Of a stretch of DNA of 64,000 bases, positions 9,399 through 19,468 are shown one piece after another; the stretch's first letter is position 1, and each line of letters starts with the position of its first letter. The notes beneath the pieces were generated by a model. It was given only the letters and a program-made list of their open reading frames with translations. It ran no database searches and was not told the DNA's origin. Location: positions 1 through 64,000 of IMG/VR virus record IMGVR_UViG_2895221163_000002; one strand, written 5' to 3'. The position numbers and the translations under genes were made by a program. This DNA comes from a virus. Its lineage: Duplodnaviria > Caudoviricetes.

Positions 9399-9805
9399 TT
9401 GCCGTCATCCACCTGGGTTGCGACACCGGCATTGTTCTGAAAGCCGTTGAAATTGGTGCCAGCTCCCATGGTCGGACTTGCGGCCAGGAGTGCAGCGAGA
9501 GACGCGGCGAGAGCCTGAGGCGACAAGGGCATGCCAGACGCCGTGCCTGTCATGGCCGAATATGCAAATACGTCACCGTTCATCCACAGACCGCCGCCCT
9601 CCGGCGCTTTTGTTGGAAGCGTCTGCCCAAGCTGGAGAAGGCCCAGAGCTACGATCGACACCGCAAAATTGTTTGCGGTGATGTTGCAAGGCTCATAGCC
9701 GGTGACAGTATTCTGGGCATTGAGAACAGGCCGGAGGAAGACAAGCAGATCCGTCGCCTGCACGCTCGTTTGCGTGAGTGCGGGGTCAGACGCGAGTTGA
9801 GGCAT
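9395..9805 (-). CDS. Hypothetical tail-associated protein
   Basis: ORF coupled (ATGA overlap) to the 788-aa gene. Confidence 0.6.
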   Translation of the reverse strand: MPQLASDPALTQTSVQATDLLVFLRPVLNAQNTVTGYEPCNITANNFAVSIVALGLLQLGQTLPTKAPEGGGLWMNGDVFAYSAMTGTASGMPLSPQALAASLAALLAASPTMGAGTNFNGFQNNAGVATQVDDGK

Positions 9806-9810
9806 GGGGT

Positions 9811-10260
9811 CTATCCGAAGATCAGGGGGTTTCCGGAGGCATCAGGCACGATCGCCGAGCCAAGGAAAAAGGCATTCGGGGCATAGGCCGGGGCGTCACA
9901 GGTAATCAGCTGGGGCGCGCAGCGGACTATGATGGAGGCGGTAGCCGTGAAGACTGCGCCTGTGGCCGTGCGAACGGAAAGCGTTGCTGTTTGCGCGCCT
10001 GAGCACAGCCATTGCACCCACATAGTGGCCAGGGTTCCGAAAGTGCTGGTCCATGCGATCACGCCGCCGCTGCACATGGCTTCAACTTCCACGATCCGGT
10101 CGGAGCGCCCCAGAAGATGCGAGAAATCAATGCTGTAATCTGCAGATTCGTTCAGTGATGTTTCGGGCCAGCAAAGCCAGATGGGAGGGGAAGTCCCGCG
10201 AACTTGAAAAGATCGCGGGACTTCTGCGCGTAAGATACGCCGAGCCGGAACCCACGTCAT
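9811..10260 (-). CDS. Hypothetical tail-associated (adaptor-like) protein
   Basis: Start MTWVP overlaps the upstream stop; WPETSLNESADYSIDFS motif. Confidence 0.6.
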   Translation of the reverse strand: MTWVPARRILRAEVPRSFQVRGTSPPIWLCWPETSLNESADYSIDFSHLLGRSDRIVEVEAMCSGGVIAWTSTFGTLATMWVQWLCSGAQTATLSVRTATGAVFTATASIIVRCAPQLITCDAPAYAPNAFFLGSAIVPDASGNPLIFG

Positions 10261-10583
10261 GAAGTTACAGAGGCCGGGACCGCAGGCAGAACTGCACTGG
10301 CGGTGTCCGTCCCTTCCGCAATACCTTGAAGTGTCGAGACATATGCCCGCATCTGGGGGCCGAATGTATTCCCCATCGCAATGGCCAGCGCTGCCTCTCC
10401 TCTTACCGAGGTTAGCGCACCGATCGCCTGATCTTTCAGGGAGTTCATGAAGGTTGATTTGGCCGCCGCGTATTCGTCCGCCGTGCATGACACATAACCG
10501 TCCGGGATCGTCGTGCTGTTTCCCCAACTGGCGAGCCCGGTGACGGTGCCTGATGCGTTTTTCTGGAGTGCATAGATCGTCAT
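10257..10583 (-). CDS. Putative tail fibre assembly protein
   Basis: Small ORF directly after the tail fibre gene. Confidence 0.55.
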   Translation of the reverse strand: MTIYALQKNASGTVTGLASWGNSTTIPDGYVSCTADEYAAAKSTFMNSLKDQAIGALTSVRGEAALAIAMGNTFGPQMRAYVSTLQGIAEGTDTASAVLPAVPASVTS

Positions 10584-10592
10584 GATGCCGCC

Positions 10593-11492
10593 TTATGCCG
10601 GGATGTAGAGATAGCTGAGGGTGTGGCCGACATTCGGCGGATTGGTCGCCGATGTGCCGCAATATGACCCCACAGTTACAGGGCCAGCCGAAACCTTCAC
10701 GCATGAATGGTTGGTCATCGACGTTGAACCCGTTACCTGGTCTGCGCTGAGATTGGTGCCGTTAACGCTGATCGTCAGGTTTGTCTGATTGGTGTTCTGC
10801 ACCGAATAGTTCGCAGAGCCGACGACAAGCACATAACCGTCGAGAGGCGCATCGAATTCAAGAGAAATGGTTTTCGAGCCACCGGACGCGAGCGTATAAT
10901 ATTGCTCGGTCCAATCTCCGAGACCCAGCGTCTTGTTGCCGGTCATGGCGAAGTTGCCAAAGTCAGTTTCGTCAACCTTCGCCCCGATACGCGCCGCTCC
11001 TGAAGTAACCCCCTCGCGCAGACCGATATAGACTTGGTTTCCCGTTGCCAGAGCTCCGTCAGACAACCCCTGTTTGATGAACTGATTCCAGCCAAATATC
11101 TGCCAAGCTGCACCGTCGGTGTTCGGGGTCGTGGTATTGCTGCCTGCGGTTGAAATCCACAACAGCCCGACCGTTGCAGCGTCGGCAACGATGGCATTGA
11201 GAGGGTAGCCCCCAACGGCCATTGCAAAATCTGCAGAAAAAGGACGGACCAGTCCCAGCTTTTGAGCACCCAAGGCAATCTGATTGAGCTGATTTTTAGA
11301 TGGCGCAATTCCCGCCTCAGCCAATACACCCAACAACTCCTGCTGAACGATATTCAGCCAATCAGCTGTGACAACTGTAGCGGCCAATCCTGCTCCTGGA
11401 TTTCCCCCCGTGAAAAATCCAGGAACGCCTGCCGCCGACACGGCGGGCATTGATGTAGCAGCCGTCGCGTTATCGATTGCGTACATTTCCAC
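10593..11492 (-). CDS. Tail fibre protein
   Basis: Mu/SfV-type N-terminus GFFTGGNP..ATVVTADWLNIVQQEL. Confidence 0.85.
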   Translation of the reverse strand: MEMYAIDNATAATSMPAVSAAGVPGFFTGGNPGAGLAATVVTADWLNIVQQELLGVLAEAGIAPSKNQLNQIALGAQKLGLVRPFSADFAMAVGGYPLNAIVADAATVGLLWISTAGSNTTTPNTDGAAWQIFGWNQFIKQGLSDGALATGNQVYIGLREGVTSGAARIGAKVDETDFGNFAMTGNKTLGLGDWTEQYYTLASGGSKTISLEFDAPLDGYVLVVGSANYSVQNTNQTNLTISVNGTNLSADQVTGSTSMTNHSCVKVSAGPVTVGSYCGTSATNPPNVGHTLSYLYIPA

Positions 11493-11501
11493 TTCTCGCT
11501 T

Positions 11502-12137
11502 TCATTTACTGTCGCCACCAAAATTGCCGAGTAGGTCTTCGCCGCTCTGCGCGAACAGCACGCGCGTATGGGCGGGGCAACGACTTATGATTTCGCAATT
11601 GAGAACTGCATTTCCCCAAGATATTAACGGTTCCCCTGCAGAACCTGAGTTTGCGAGAAAATACTGCTCCGTGTAGCCGGGCGCATTCACCGTCCACACG
11701 AAGGCCCAGTCGGATCCGTAAACGGGTTCCCCCGCACGAAAGATATCCGCACGAGCAGGCGCATGCTCACTGATCGTTATTTCAAAGCCGAGCGCTGCCG
11801 CGAAAGCGGCATAATAAGAGATGGAAGATCCGCCACTATCTGTCAGACGCGCTACAACCTGAGATCTTCGCAAGGAGAGCGTAGGGCTTTCACCTGCACA
11901 GGGATCTGGAAGACCGGTTGTTTTTTCCCATTCTTCAAGAAGCTCGATAGTCGTTTCTGGAAAGATTTCCGTAAGAAGATCCGAGGCCCTTTCACTATTT
12001 CTGGCAAAAGTCTTGCCCCATACAGTGGCGAGCATAGATGGAAGAGCATCGCGCTCGCGTGACCAAATTGCGCCCCGAGGCAAAAGCTGCAGGAACGCCT
12101 GGCGGAAATTCTCCGCCGAGAAAACAGGCGCCCCCAC
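11502..12137 (-). CDS. Baseplate protein (Mu gp48/YmfQ-like)
   Basis: LLPRGAIW, LLEEWEK..GLPDPC, CPAHT. Confidence 0.87.
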   Translation of the reverse strand: MGAPVFSAENFRQAFLQLLPRGAIWSRERDALPSMLATVWGKTFARNSERASDLLTEIFPETTIELLEEWEKTTGLPDPCAGESPTLSLRRSQVVARLTDSGGSSISYYAAFAAALGFEITISEHAPARADIFRAGEPVYGSDWAFVWTVNAPGYTEQYFLANSGSAGEPLISWGNAVLNCEIISRCPAHTRVLFAQSGEDLLGNFGGDSK

Positions 12138-12139
12138 CG

Positions 12140-13255
12140 TCAGGACGCAAAACTAACTGTGCCCAAGACCGGCATGGCCCCGATATTTGCGGCGACAATT
12201 GATTCCGCGGGCGAGATTACAGCGAACCGATCGAGATCCAGCGCACCAATGGCCTCTGTCCATGCGCTCTGATACAGCGTCGTCCCAGGAGCAGACAGGC
12301 GCGTAAACATGTCCTGCAACGCGTTAATAATCAGGATTTGATTGGCCGTCGTGTTTCCATCTCCAAGGTCTGAAACCACGAAATTGACTGGCTGAGCGAC
12401 TGGTGCGCACACAATAACAAGTGCGGTGACAGGTCTCTGCAGATAAAGCGCGTTTGCCAAAAGCAACTGATCGCCCGTAGCTGTATTGTATCTCGCTTCA
12501 GCGCTTGCCGCGCCGTCGGTGCCCTGAGGAAGCCCACCTTGAGCAGACCTGACATTGTCCATAGCAAAATAGACAACAACGGTCCCTGCCCCGAACCCAT
12601 TAGCATTGACCCAGGCACGCGTTACGCCGCTGACCTCTTTGGCCCACCTGACATAATCAGCTGCATTTCCGTTCTCGCCGCCTTCTGCGAAGGCATCAAG
12701 AACACGCCCGCGGAGGTCGCTGTCATTTTCAATGTCAGCTCCACCCGTAAAAGCGAGAGTTACAGAACCCGTCGTCTGTATCCCGTCAACCGGGCTACCT
12801 AAAGTCGCGGTAGCCCCGACCGGAGCATTTCCTGCCGCCCCTGCCGCCTGTACAGCGCATGAGACGACCGTAACGCCATTGGCCGTTACACTATTATCGG
12901 TCGATATGGCAGTAAGGGCGCCGGTTATCTGGATGGTCGTGCCAGTAGGAACGGTTTTCGCGCCCGTCACACCGAAAGAGACCTGCCCGTATGCCGTAGT
13001 AGCCGGCTTGCGCGTAATCTTTTTCAGGCCGCCCCACGCCTCAAGAAAGACGCCTGTTGCAGTCCAGGGAACGGCCTGCTTCGCGATCCAGTCAAGATAA
13101 CCATAATGAAGATGCGCAAGGCCTGCGAGGACCATTGCAAGAACATAGAGGACTGAAAATCGAAGGAGTGCAGTAACCCCGGCGATCCCCCCATTCTGGA
13201 TGTCCTGAAGCGCCTGCTGCCGCAGATCTGTAAGCGTTGGACGACTGAATGCCAT
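12140..13255 (-). CDS. Baseplate J-like protein (Mu gp47)
   Basis: FSRPTL, GGADIE.D..LR.R, GN..DY.RWA.EVSGV.RAW. Confidence 0.9.
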   Translation of the reverse strand: MAFSRPTLTDLRQQALQDIQNGGIAGVTALLRFSVLYVLAMVLAGLAHLHYGYLDWIAKQAVPWTATGVFLEAWGGLKKITRKPATTAYGQVSFGVTGAKTVPTGTTIQITGALTAISTDNSVTANGVTVVSCAVQAAGAAGNAPVGATATLGSPVDGIQTTGSVTLAFTGGADIENDSDLRGRVLDAFAEGGENGNAADYVRWAKEVSGVTRAWVNANGFGAGTVVVYFAMDNVRSAQGGLPQGTDGAASAEARYNTATGDQLLLANALYLQRPVTALVIVCAPVAQPVNFVVSDLGDGNTTANQILIINALQDMFTRLSAPGTTLYQSAWTEAIGALDLDRFAVISPAESIVAANIGAMPVLGTVSFAS

Positions 13256-13758
13256 TACAGCCCCTCCCAGGCCCATGAAAACAGAAATGTCTGAGGCGCC
13301 GCCGCCCCGGGTTCGTACACGCCGATCGCAAATTCAGCCGTATTGGCGCTAACCGCGCTCCATGCAGTTCGGATGGAAATACTGGTCGCCACACCGTCAT
13401 CGATGAGCCACTGGAGACACTCCTTGAGAATGTCCTTGAGCTCGAGGAGGACAATCTTGTCGCCGACCTTGATGGCGCGACGTAATTGCCAGAGCCTCGA
13501 GCCAACCGGCAGCTTGTCCTGCTCATAAGCATCCCCCCACCAGCCGCGCCGGTCGTTCAAGCCGCTCATGGCTGCATTTCCAGGCGCTTGAATAGCGACT
13601 GCGGAATCCGCTGGCGAAGGCTGCTCCGGAGCGACCCGGTCCGTGAAGATGCTGACCATCACGGCTGAGCGCAGCGGGTTATCGAGAGCCAAATCACCGG
13701 ACACAATGGTCCAGTCGCCCCTGCATTCCCGGGCGTTCCAGATGATCGCAATATCCAC
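13255..13758 (-). CDS. Mu gp46-like baseplate protein
   Basis: AVMVSIFTDR, RGWWGD, GSRLWQL, LQWLIDDGVA. Confidence 0.9.
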   Translation of the reverse strand: MDIAIIWNARECRGDWTIVSGDLALDNPLRSAVMVSIFTDRVAPEQPSPADSAVAIQAPGNAAMSGLNDRRGWWGDAYEQDKLPVGSRLWQLRRAIKVGDKIVLLELKDILKECLQWLIDDGVATSISIRTAWSAVSANTAEFAIGVYEPGAAAPQTFLFSWAWEGL

Positions 13759-13766
13759 GAATTACC

Positions 13767-14279
13767 TCAGGAGGATGCCGGCGGCCCCGATTTTCCGGAA
13801 CCAGGCTCAACATCCGTTGTCAGATGATTCTGAAGAGAGATCTCTCCGGCCTTCACATCACCAGATGCGTTGAGATCGCCATTGATGATCACATCCGCAT
13901 TGATCATCAGCTTTTTCTCAGCCGGATTAATCTCGATTGAGCCGTCGCTTTTCAGCCAGATCCGACTGCCCGTCCGGGGGTGATAGACCGCGACGTCACC
14001 GGGCTCGAGATCGGACGGACGTCCCCGCTGATCCCCGGACGCTACAGCTACCGCCCGGGTACGATCACCGGAGATAAACATCAGCGCCAGATCGCTACCT
14101 GGTACCGAGCGGCTTGCAAAGCCGTAGAGCTGCATTACCGGCACGTCTGATCTCAGCTCACCGCTCGCCAGTGCAACCTGAACCGTTGATGTCGAACGTG
14201 ACTCATCGGTGTCCGCCGTCTGCCGCCCCAGGCCGAAGGCCATTGCGACACGACGCGCCAGACGGGCGAGTGAGGACAT
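13767..14279 (-). CDS. Baseplate spike/assembly protein (Mu gp45-like)
   Basis: YGFASR, GDR...V, LEPGDVAVY. Confidence 0.87.
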   Translation of the reverse strand: MSSLARLARRVAMAFGLGRQTADTDESRSTSTVQVALASGELRSDVPVMQLYGFASRSVPGSDLALMFISGDRTRAVAVASGDQRGRPSDLEPGDVAVYHPRTGSRIWLKSDGSIEINPAEKKLMINADVIINGDLNASGDVKAGEISLQNHLTTDVEPGSGKSGPPASS

Positions 14280-14288
14280 ATCAGTTTC

Positions 14289-15476
14289 CTAGCTGTTGAT
14301 CGCTTGGATTCCCTCATTGGAGAGAGCCGGCAGGAGCAGTGGCTCAGGCATCAGACCTTCAGGCGGTATCAGCACGAGATCCGCACGCGTCCCATCCTCG
14401 CCTTGCCGGAAGACAATCTCGGCAATCACGAGATCCATTTCCTCTCCGCTCTTGAGGCGGACAGGAGCCATGTGATTGACGGCCCACAAGTTGCCTGAGG
14501 TATCGCGCCAACTGTCGCACGTCACAGTTACCGTGTTCGCCCGCCCATATCGGCGCGCAACCTCCCATTGAACCCGCTTGGTTGTGACTGCATAGTCCTG
14601 ATCGCCAAGCTCAGCCGGGATCAGAAGCGGCCGGGTCCGGACAATACCCGGATCTTCTGCCACCGCCCCGGACGTGACGGCATCCATCTGTCCAATGTAG
14701 TCAGCATCCCCAGGCTCACTGAACAGGAGAGCCGTTGTCATCAGAACGGCGGTGATACTCGAGAACCGCCCTGCCGTGCTTCGAACGGTGGTCATCTGCT
14801 CGACATTTTCGCCGTAGATCAGACCGCTGGCCATGCGCTGACTTCCGACAGCTGCGAAAGCTACGTTCCCGTCTGGCAGGTCATAGAACAGCACACCTGC
14901 CAGGCGTGCCACTCGTTCGATGATCTCATAGGCCGTTTCGGTCAGGATGACGCTGAACTGCTGGAGGTCAATGTTCCCTGCCCCGTTGATCTGGACGACG
15001 TCGATCTCTGCGAATTTTGCTACCCTTTTTGCAAGGGCCAAGGCATTGGTCGAGTTCATCTGATACGTGGAGAACTCGGCCGAACAGTCCACCAGATCCA
15101 TGCTCTTGCTGGCGATCTGCAGGCGGAATTCATGCCTTTCCGGGCTGACAGCCTCGACGACTGTGACGACATAGCCGGTGATCAGAAGATCTGTTCCAAT
15201 CCGGACTTCAGCAACGTCCCCCTCATTCACCAAAGGAACGCCAGCTGGATTATTGAGATCGCCCAGCCAGTTCTCATTACTCTCTGATGCACTTTTTGCG
15301 GGCTGGTACTCTGTCATTCCCAGATCGGCAACCCACGGCATCAAATCGACACCACATCTTACCGTGACGTCAGTCCAGCCGGTAAGGAGCCTACCATTGA
15401 TCAGAACAGAAGCCGTCTTCTGAGCATCCTCGTCATAGCCGAGGATCTGCTCAATCTGATCAATGATGCCGCTCAT
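14289..15476 (-). CDS. Baseplate hub protein (Mu gp44/gpP-like)
   Basis: GWTDV, DLVDCSA, SWRD..G.LW..N. Confidence 0.87.
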   Translation of the reverse strand: MSGIIDQIEQILGYDEDAQKTASVLINGRLLTGWTDVTVRCGVDLMPWVADLGMTEYQPAKSASESNENWLGDLNNPAGVPLVNEGDVAEVRIGTDLLITGYVVTVVEAVSPERHEFRLQIASKSMDLVDCSAEFSTYQMNSTNALALAKRVAKFAEIDVVQINGAGNIDLQQFSVILTETAYEIIERVARLAGVLFYDLPDGNVAFAAVGSQRMASGLIYGENVEQMTTVRSTAGRFSSITAVLMTTALLFSEPGDADYIGQMDAVTSGAVAEDPGIVRTRPLLIPAELGDQDYAVTTKRVQWEVARRYGRANTVTVTCDSWRDTSGNLWAVNHMAPVRLKSGEEMDLVIAEIVFRQGEDGTRADLVLIPPEGLMPEPLLLPALSNEGIQAINS

Positions 15477-16771
15477 GAAGACAACGCCTCAAACTCAGTT
15501 GGCATGAATGCCGGGTGAACGGGATCAGCTCGATTCACCAGATCATCGGATCGGGTACCGTCCGCATAGAGCTGTTGGGCCAGTGTCAGTGCCGGCAGCG
15601 GCGCGTTTCGCTGGATCGTGACGATGTCAGGCAGTTTTGCCGCCCGCTTCATCAGATCCTGCGACACCTGAACCCGCAAAGCCTTCAGAGCCGCCCAACT
15701 GGCGTCATCCTGTGCATCGGCGGCGACCAACTCTTCAGCCTCGAACAGCGCGACCACGCGGCTGCACATTGTCTCTGCATCCTCTGACGAGGCGGGGGTC
15801 CAGTCCGAGCAGGCTTGAGCAATCGAAGCTAAAGCAGCACGCCGACACAGGGCAGCGGTTTCGGTCTGGGCCGTGGCCAGCGCGGCGCCGATCGGGGCAG
15901 TTGAGTTGATGACGTCGACTGAACATGAAGCCATTGGCCACAGAAGCGAGATTTGCACGCCTGGGTCTGCGATTGCCTCCCGAAGCGTCTCTGTCAAAGC
16001 TTGCACGGCCGAAGAAATCGCTGCTGCCGTTGTAAGGCTCGCGAGTGCTGCAGTTGCTTGCTCGATTGCATCCCGCGAGCCGCTGAGGGTCGTCAGAACA
16101 CTGTCTTCCGTAGCCGTCGCATCCGTTTCGGCCCCTGCCCCGGAAGCATACCGGCCATTATTGCCAGGAAGAACCGAGGCAGCAGACTGCATCGCTTCTG
16201 AAGAGCCAATCGCGGAAAGAGCACCGCCACTCCAACCGGCCCCTACTGATCGGGCTGCGGCAATGGCAGACCCGCCAGTCGCAAATGCTGACGATATGCG
16301 GCTGGAGTAACTGGAGGATGATGCAGATGAGAGCGCAATGCGTGCGACCGCGACGGCCGCATGAAGTGCTGTGACGACCAGAGTGCCCAGCAGGTTCTTC
16401 TGTTCGACAAACTCGAACTCGAGATCCACGACATTCAGCCGTCCGTCCCGTTCCCGCCAGTCAAAGCGGGTACATGCTGCCTGAATTGCCCCGATGGACG
16501 GATGCACCAGCAGGCCATTCCCCGGTCTTTCCACGACCGCTACCAGAGCGTCCCTTTGCACATAAGCCAGATCACCGACCACAAAGCCAAGGATCCGATA
16601 TCGCCGCGCCTTCTTGCCAAGGTCTTCAACCCAGACACCTGCGCGTCCGGGATAAGCATGCTCAGCCTGTTTGCGCCCACTGGAGCCGCCGCTGCCGATC
16701 ACGACAAACGGCACTCCACGGAACGAGCACTGAAGGTATTCAGCCGCCGTTCTGGCGAGAGTGCCGCTCAT
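15473..16771 (-). CDS. Mu gpN-like DNA circulation/tail protein
   Basis: SFRGVPF, EDLGK, LVHPS, LYADGTR..L, HPAFMP. Confidence 0.9.
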   Translation of the reverse strand: MSGTLARTAAEYLQCSFRGVPFVVIGSGGSSGRKQAEHAYPGRAGVWVEDLGKKARRYRILGFVVGDLAYVQRDALVAVVERPGNGLLVHPSIGAIQAACTRFDWRERDGRLNVVDLEFEFVEQKNLLGTLVVTALHAAVAVARIALSSASSSSYSSRISSAFATGGSAIAAARSVGAGWSGGALSAIGSSEAMQSAASVLPGNNGRYASGAGAETDATATEDSVLTTLSGSRDAIEQATAALASLTTAAAISSAVQALTETLREAIADPGVQISLLWPMASCSVDVINSTAPIGAALATAQTETAALCRRAALASIAQACSDWTPASSEDAETMCSRVVALFEAEELVAADAQDDASWAALKALRVQVSQDLMKRAAKLPDIVTIQRNAPLPALTLAQQLYADGTRSDDLVNRADPVHPAFMPTEFEALSS

Positions 16772-16798
16772 GTTAATTTTTCATCCCTGATTTGAAGG

Positions 16799-18661
16799 TT
16801 AATTCCCCACAGCGGTCAGCGCCGGATCCATCGCCCGATGCTGGCTGATGGCATGGACTTTCAGCCCCGGTGTCGTGCTTTTCACCTGTACCGATGATCC
16901 GGGCGGAGCATTCCGGTGGTCGATTTCGACGCGCAGTTGGGCAGTTTTTTGATCAATACTTTGCAGCGCCGGCGGCAGGGATAACTTGGCATCACTGAGT
17001 TTGCTGGCCCAGTGATCCGCCATCTCACCACGAATAGAACCTTCGTCTGCCAAATTGGCGGGAACTTCATACCCATACGAAACGGCCTGCGCCGCCTCTT
17101 GAGGGTTTCGGGCCATCCGGAGATTAGCGTCCGCGAGGGGGTACTTGTTCTTCAACTCCCAGTCATAGAACTGAAGCTGCTCAGCAAAAGTTGAGTCCCG
17201 GATATTCTTACCCATGTGCTTTTCGAAAAGCTTCTGCCGGTCCGGATGCCATTGTCCAATCCCGTAAGCCGATCCATTGTCTCCAACGCTGTCAGGAAGG
17301 AACTGGCTTTCACGGTCGATATTCGCGACCATGCCAAGCGATTCAGTGCGAGAGCGACCTTGCGACCGAAAATAGTTATAAGCCGCCTGCGCCTGCCCTT
17401 TTTCGCCTCCGGACAGACGCCAGATGCCGCGGCCGATGTGGTTACTGGCAGACGGCGGAGCGGTTTTAGGATCTTTGTAGTGCTCCCACGCAAGATAGAG
17501 CGCCCCAAGTCCTGCTATTGCACCGGTTGCAGCAAGGCCAATCCCCCCGATCGCCGTTGAGATACCAAGTATTGCCGTCGCAAGAGTTGCGACCCCAGCC
17601 AACACTGGCGCCGCATACAGCACCGCAATCCCTCCAAGAGCGATTTTCCCGGCAGTTCTCCAGCCACCCAAACCATCAACGACGAGCAGAACTTCGTCAT
17701 ATACGCCCCTGATATCACCCTTGATTTGGCTCCATCCGCCTGTCCGAAGCCAGGTGATGAAGCGGTGAACATATCCGGCGATATCCTGGGCAATCCACTC
17801 TCGGTTTGCCGAAATCCAGTCCCGCATCTCATTGACGACAGGCGTGATCACTGGCTCAACAGCCTGAGCCAGCGAATACCCAAACCCTTCAACTGCTTCC
17901 GTAAGTCCTGTCTGAGCCTGACGAAGCCGATCAGCGGCGTCAGCTCCGGCCCGGTTCATGACGCCCAGTCGTTCAGCTTCCTTTACGTTGGCCTGATACT
18001 GCTCTTCGGTTTGTTGCAGGATTGGCATCAACCCTTGCGCCGCCCCACCAAAGATCTGCGTTGCAGCGATCACCTTGGCGGCCGGGTCACGGATCGAACG
18101 GATACGCTTGGCGACCCGTTCAAACATGTCATCGGGCTTCATCCGCTGCAGTTCCTGCAGACTGATTCCAAGAGCTTTGAACTGGACAATAGCTTCCGGA
18201 GCAAAGCCGTGCGTAGCTTCCCAACGGGTCTGCGAAAGTCCCTGCAAAGCGCTGGACATCGCCTCTTCAGAGCCACCTGACAGACGCGCCGCGTTTTGCA
18301 TCGCCATGAGACGATTAGGCGCCATCCCCATGGAATTTGCCGCGGTTCTCAGGTTCGTTCCGAACTGGCCCCAGGCACTTGCCAGCTTATAGATGCCCGC
18401 TATGGACGCTGCTCCCGTAATCGTCCCGAGAACAGGAACGATCTGCGAAAGCGAACGGAACATGCCAAGACCAGCGCGGGCAACCTTGCCGACACCGCTT
18501 TGGAGGCGTGTCAGACCTGTAACGCTTGAAAAGCGATTGACGGCAGCCATTGTCCGCCGAACAGGAGCCTGAATAGCCGCGATCCTGGCATTGATGCGCT
18601 CAAGCGTCTGAGACGCCCGATCGACAGCCGAGATCGTTACCTTAACGCCTTTGTTGGCCAT
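16799..18661 (-). CDS. Tape measure protein with C-terminal tail lysozyme-like domain
   Basis: ISAVDRAS N-terminus; helical body; ANIDRES..AYGIGQWH..R..EQLQF. Confidence 0.87.
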   Translation of the reverse strand: MANKGVKVTISAVDRASQTLERINARIAAIQAPVRRTMAAVNRFSSVTGLTRLQSGVGKVARAGLGMFRSLSQIVPVLGTITGAASIAGIYKLASAWGQFGTNLRTAANSMGMAPNRLMAMQNAARLSGGSEEAMSSALQGLSQTRWEATHGFAPEAIVQFKALGISLQELQRMKPDDMFERVAKRIRSIRDPAAKVIAATQIFGGAAQGLMPILQQTEEQYQANVKEAERLGVMNRAGADAADRLRQAQTGLTEAVEGFGYSLAQAVEPVITPVVNEMRDWISANREWIAQDIAGYVHRFITWLRTGGWSQIKGDIRGVYDEVLLVVDGLGGWRTAGKIALGGIAVLYAAPVLAGVATLATAILGISTAIGGIGLAATGAIAGLGALYLAWEHYKDPKTAPPSASNHIGRGIWRLSGGEKGQAQAAYNYFRSQGRSRTESLGMVANIDRESQFLPDSVGDNGSAYGIGQWHPDRQKLFEKHMGKNIRDSTFAEQLQFYDWELKNKYPLADANLRMARNPQEAAQAVSYGYEVPANLADEGSIRGEMADHWASKLSDAKLSLPPALQSIDQKTAQLRVEIDHRNAPPGSSVQVKSTTPGLKVHAISQHRAMDPALTAVGN

Positions 18662-18833
18662 TCCGCTTGGCGTCCTTTTGGTGCTGTTCTGAGATCCGGT
18701 TCGCTTCTTCGACGTATCGCCAAAGATCTGTTCCGGTCAGATCTTCAGTTTCTGACCTGGACCAACCCGAGAAGAACTGGCTCAGATCTCCTGGTAGGCT
18801 GTCCCAGTTGGCGGGCCAGGTATAAAAAAACCC
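18642..18833 (-). other. -1 programmed frameshift extension of the tail chaperone (gpE'/gpT-like)
   Basis: GGGTTTTTTT at 18833-18824; the -1 frame is open to 18642 and reads ..WDSLPGDLSQFFSGWSRSETEDLTGTDLWRYVEEANR.. Confidence 0.8.
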
Positions 18834-19468
18834 GTCACGTAGTCTGCCGCCTCCGCAAACTTACTGATCGGCAGCCGCAGCAACGCAGCGCGATGCCATT
18901 CGCTGATTTCCTCTACCAAGGCCATTTCAGCCCGGAGCGCAGCCTCAATGGTGCCGGCACCTTCCCCCGATTTGAACCGCCGGCGTTCAGCTACAGAAGG
19001 CTCACGCAGCCTCATTTCGCTAAATTCTTTGCCGCCGCCTGGAATAGCGTCCCTAAAGATCAGGACCTTTTCAGGCCGGAGATCGAGGCTGCCCTGTAGA
19101 TCGGGATCGTTCATTTCCCGCCGTGCGCCACGCTCAAAGGCTGTGACGTATTCAACAGCACGATCCAGCGCGCGCGACGGCAGTTTCTGGATAACCACCT
19201 GCGGCACCCCAGCCGCTTTGGCGACAAGGACAATCTGGCTGTCATAGATGGACTGGAGCGACGGACGCTTGCCAATTACCTGAGCTGCGCCAAGGACGTC
19301 ATACAATGAAGGCTCACACAGATTGAGCCGGTCATATTCCTTCCCCTGATGCAGGATCGGAGTATCGAGTACGACGACACTATTGTCCTCTTCGTCGCTC
19401 TCGACGCCCTGGAAACCACTCGGAGAATAGAGCTCGAGGAGTTCCGCGTCAGACAACCCTCGGCTCAT
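18782..19468 (-). CDS. Tail assembly chaperone (two tandem gp41-like domains)
   Basis: Lies between tube and tape measure genes; repeated GKE..L.L.EPS..KLP motif; ends with a slippery site. Confidence 0.8.
   Translation of the reverse strand: MSRGLSDAELLELYSPSGFQGVESDEEDNSVVVLDTPILHQGKEYDRLNLCEPSLYDVLGAAQVIGKRPSLQSIYDSQIVLVAKAAGVPQVVIQKLPSRALDRAVEYVTAFERGARREMNDPDLQGSLDLRPEKVLIFRDAIPGGGKEFSEMRLREPSVAERRRFKSGEGAGTIEAALRAEMALVEEISEWHRAALLRLPISKFAEAADYVTGFFIPGPPTGTAYQEI

Noticed and set aside
9811-10704. 297-aa ORF as called in the track
   Set aside because: Its 5' half overlaps two better-supported genes; the start was reassigned to 10260
7032-11492. Diversity-generating retroelement or invertible tail-fibre switch
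   Set aside because: No reverse transcriptase, TR/VR pair or adjacent invertase seen
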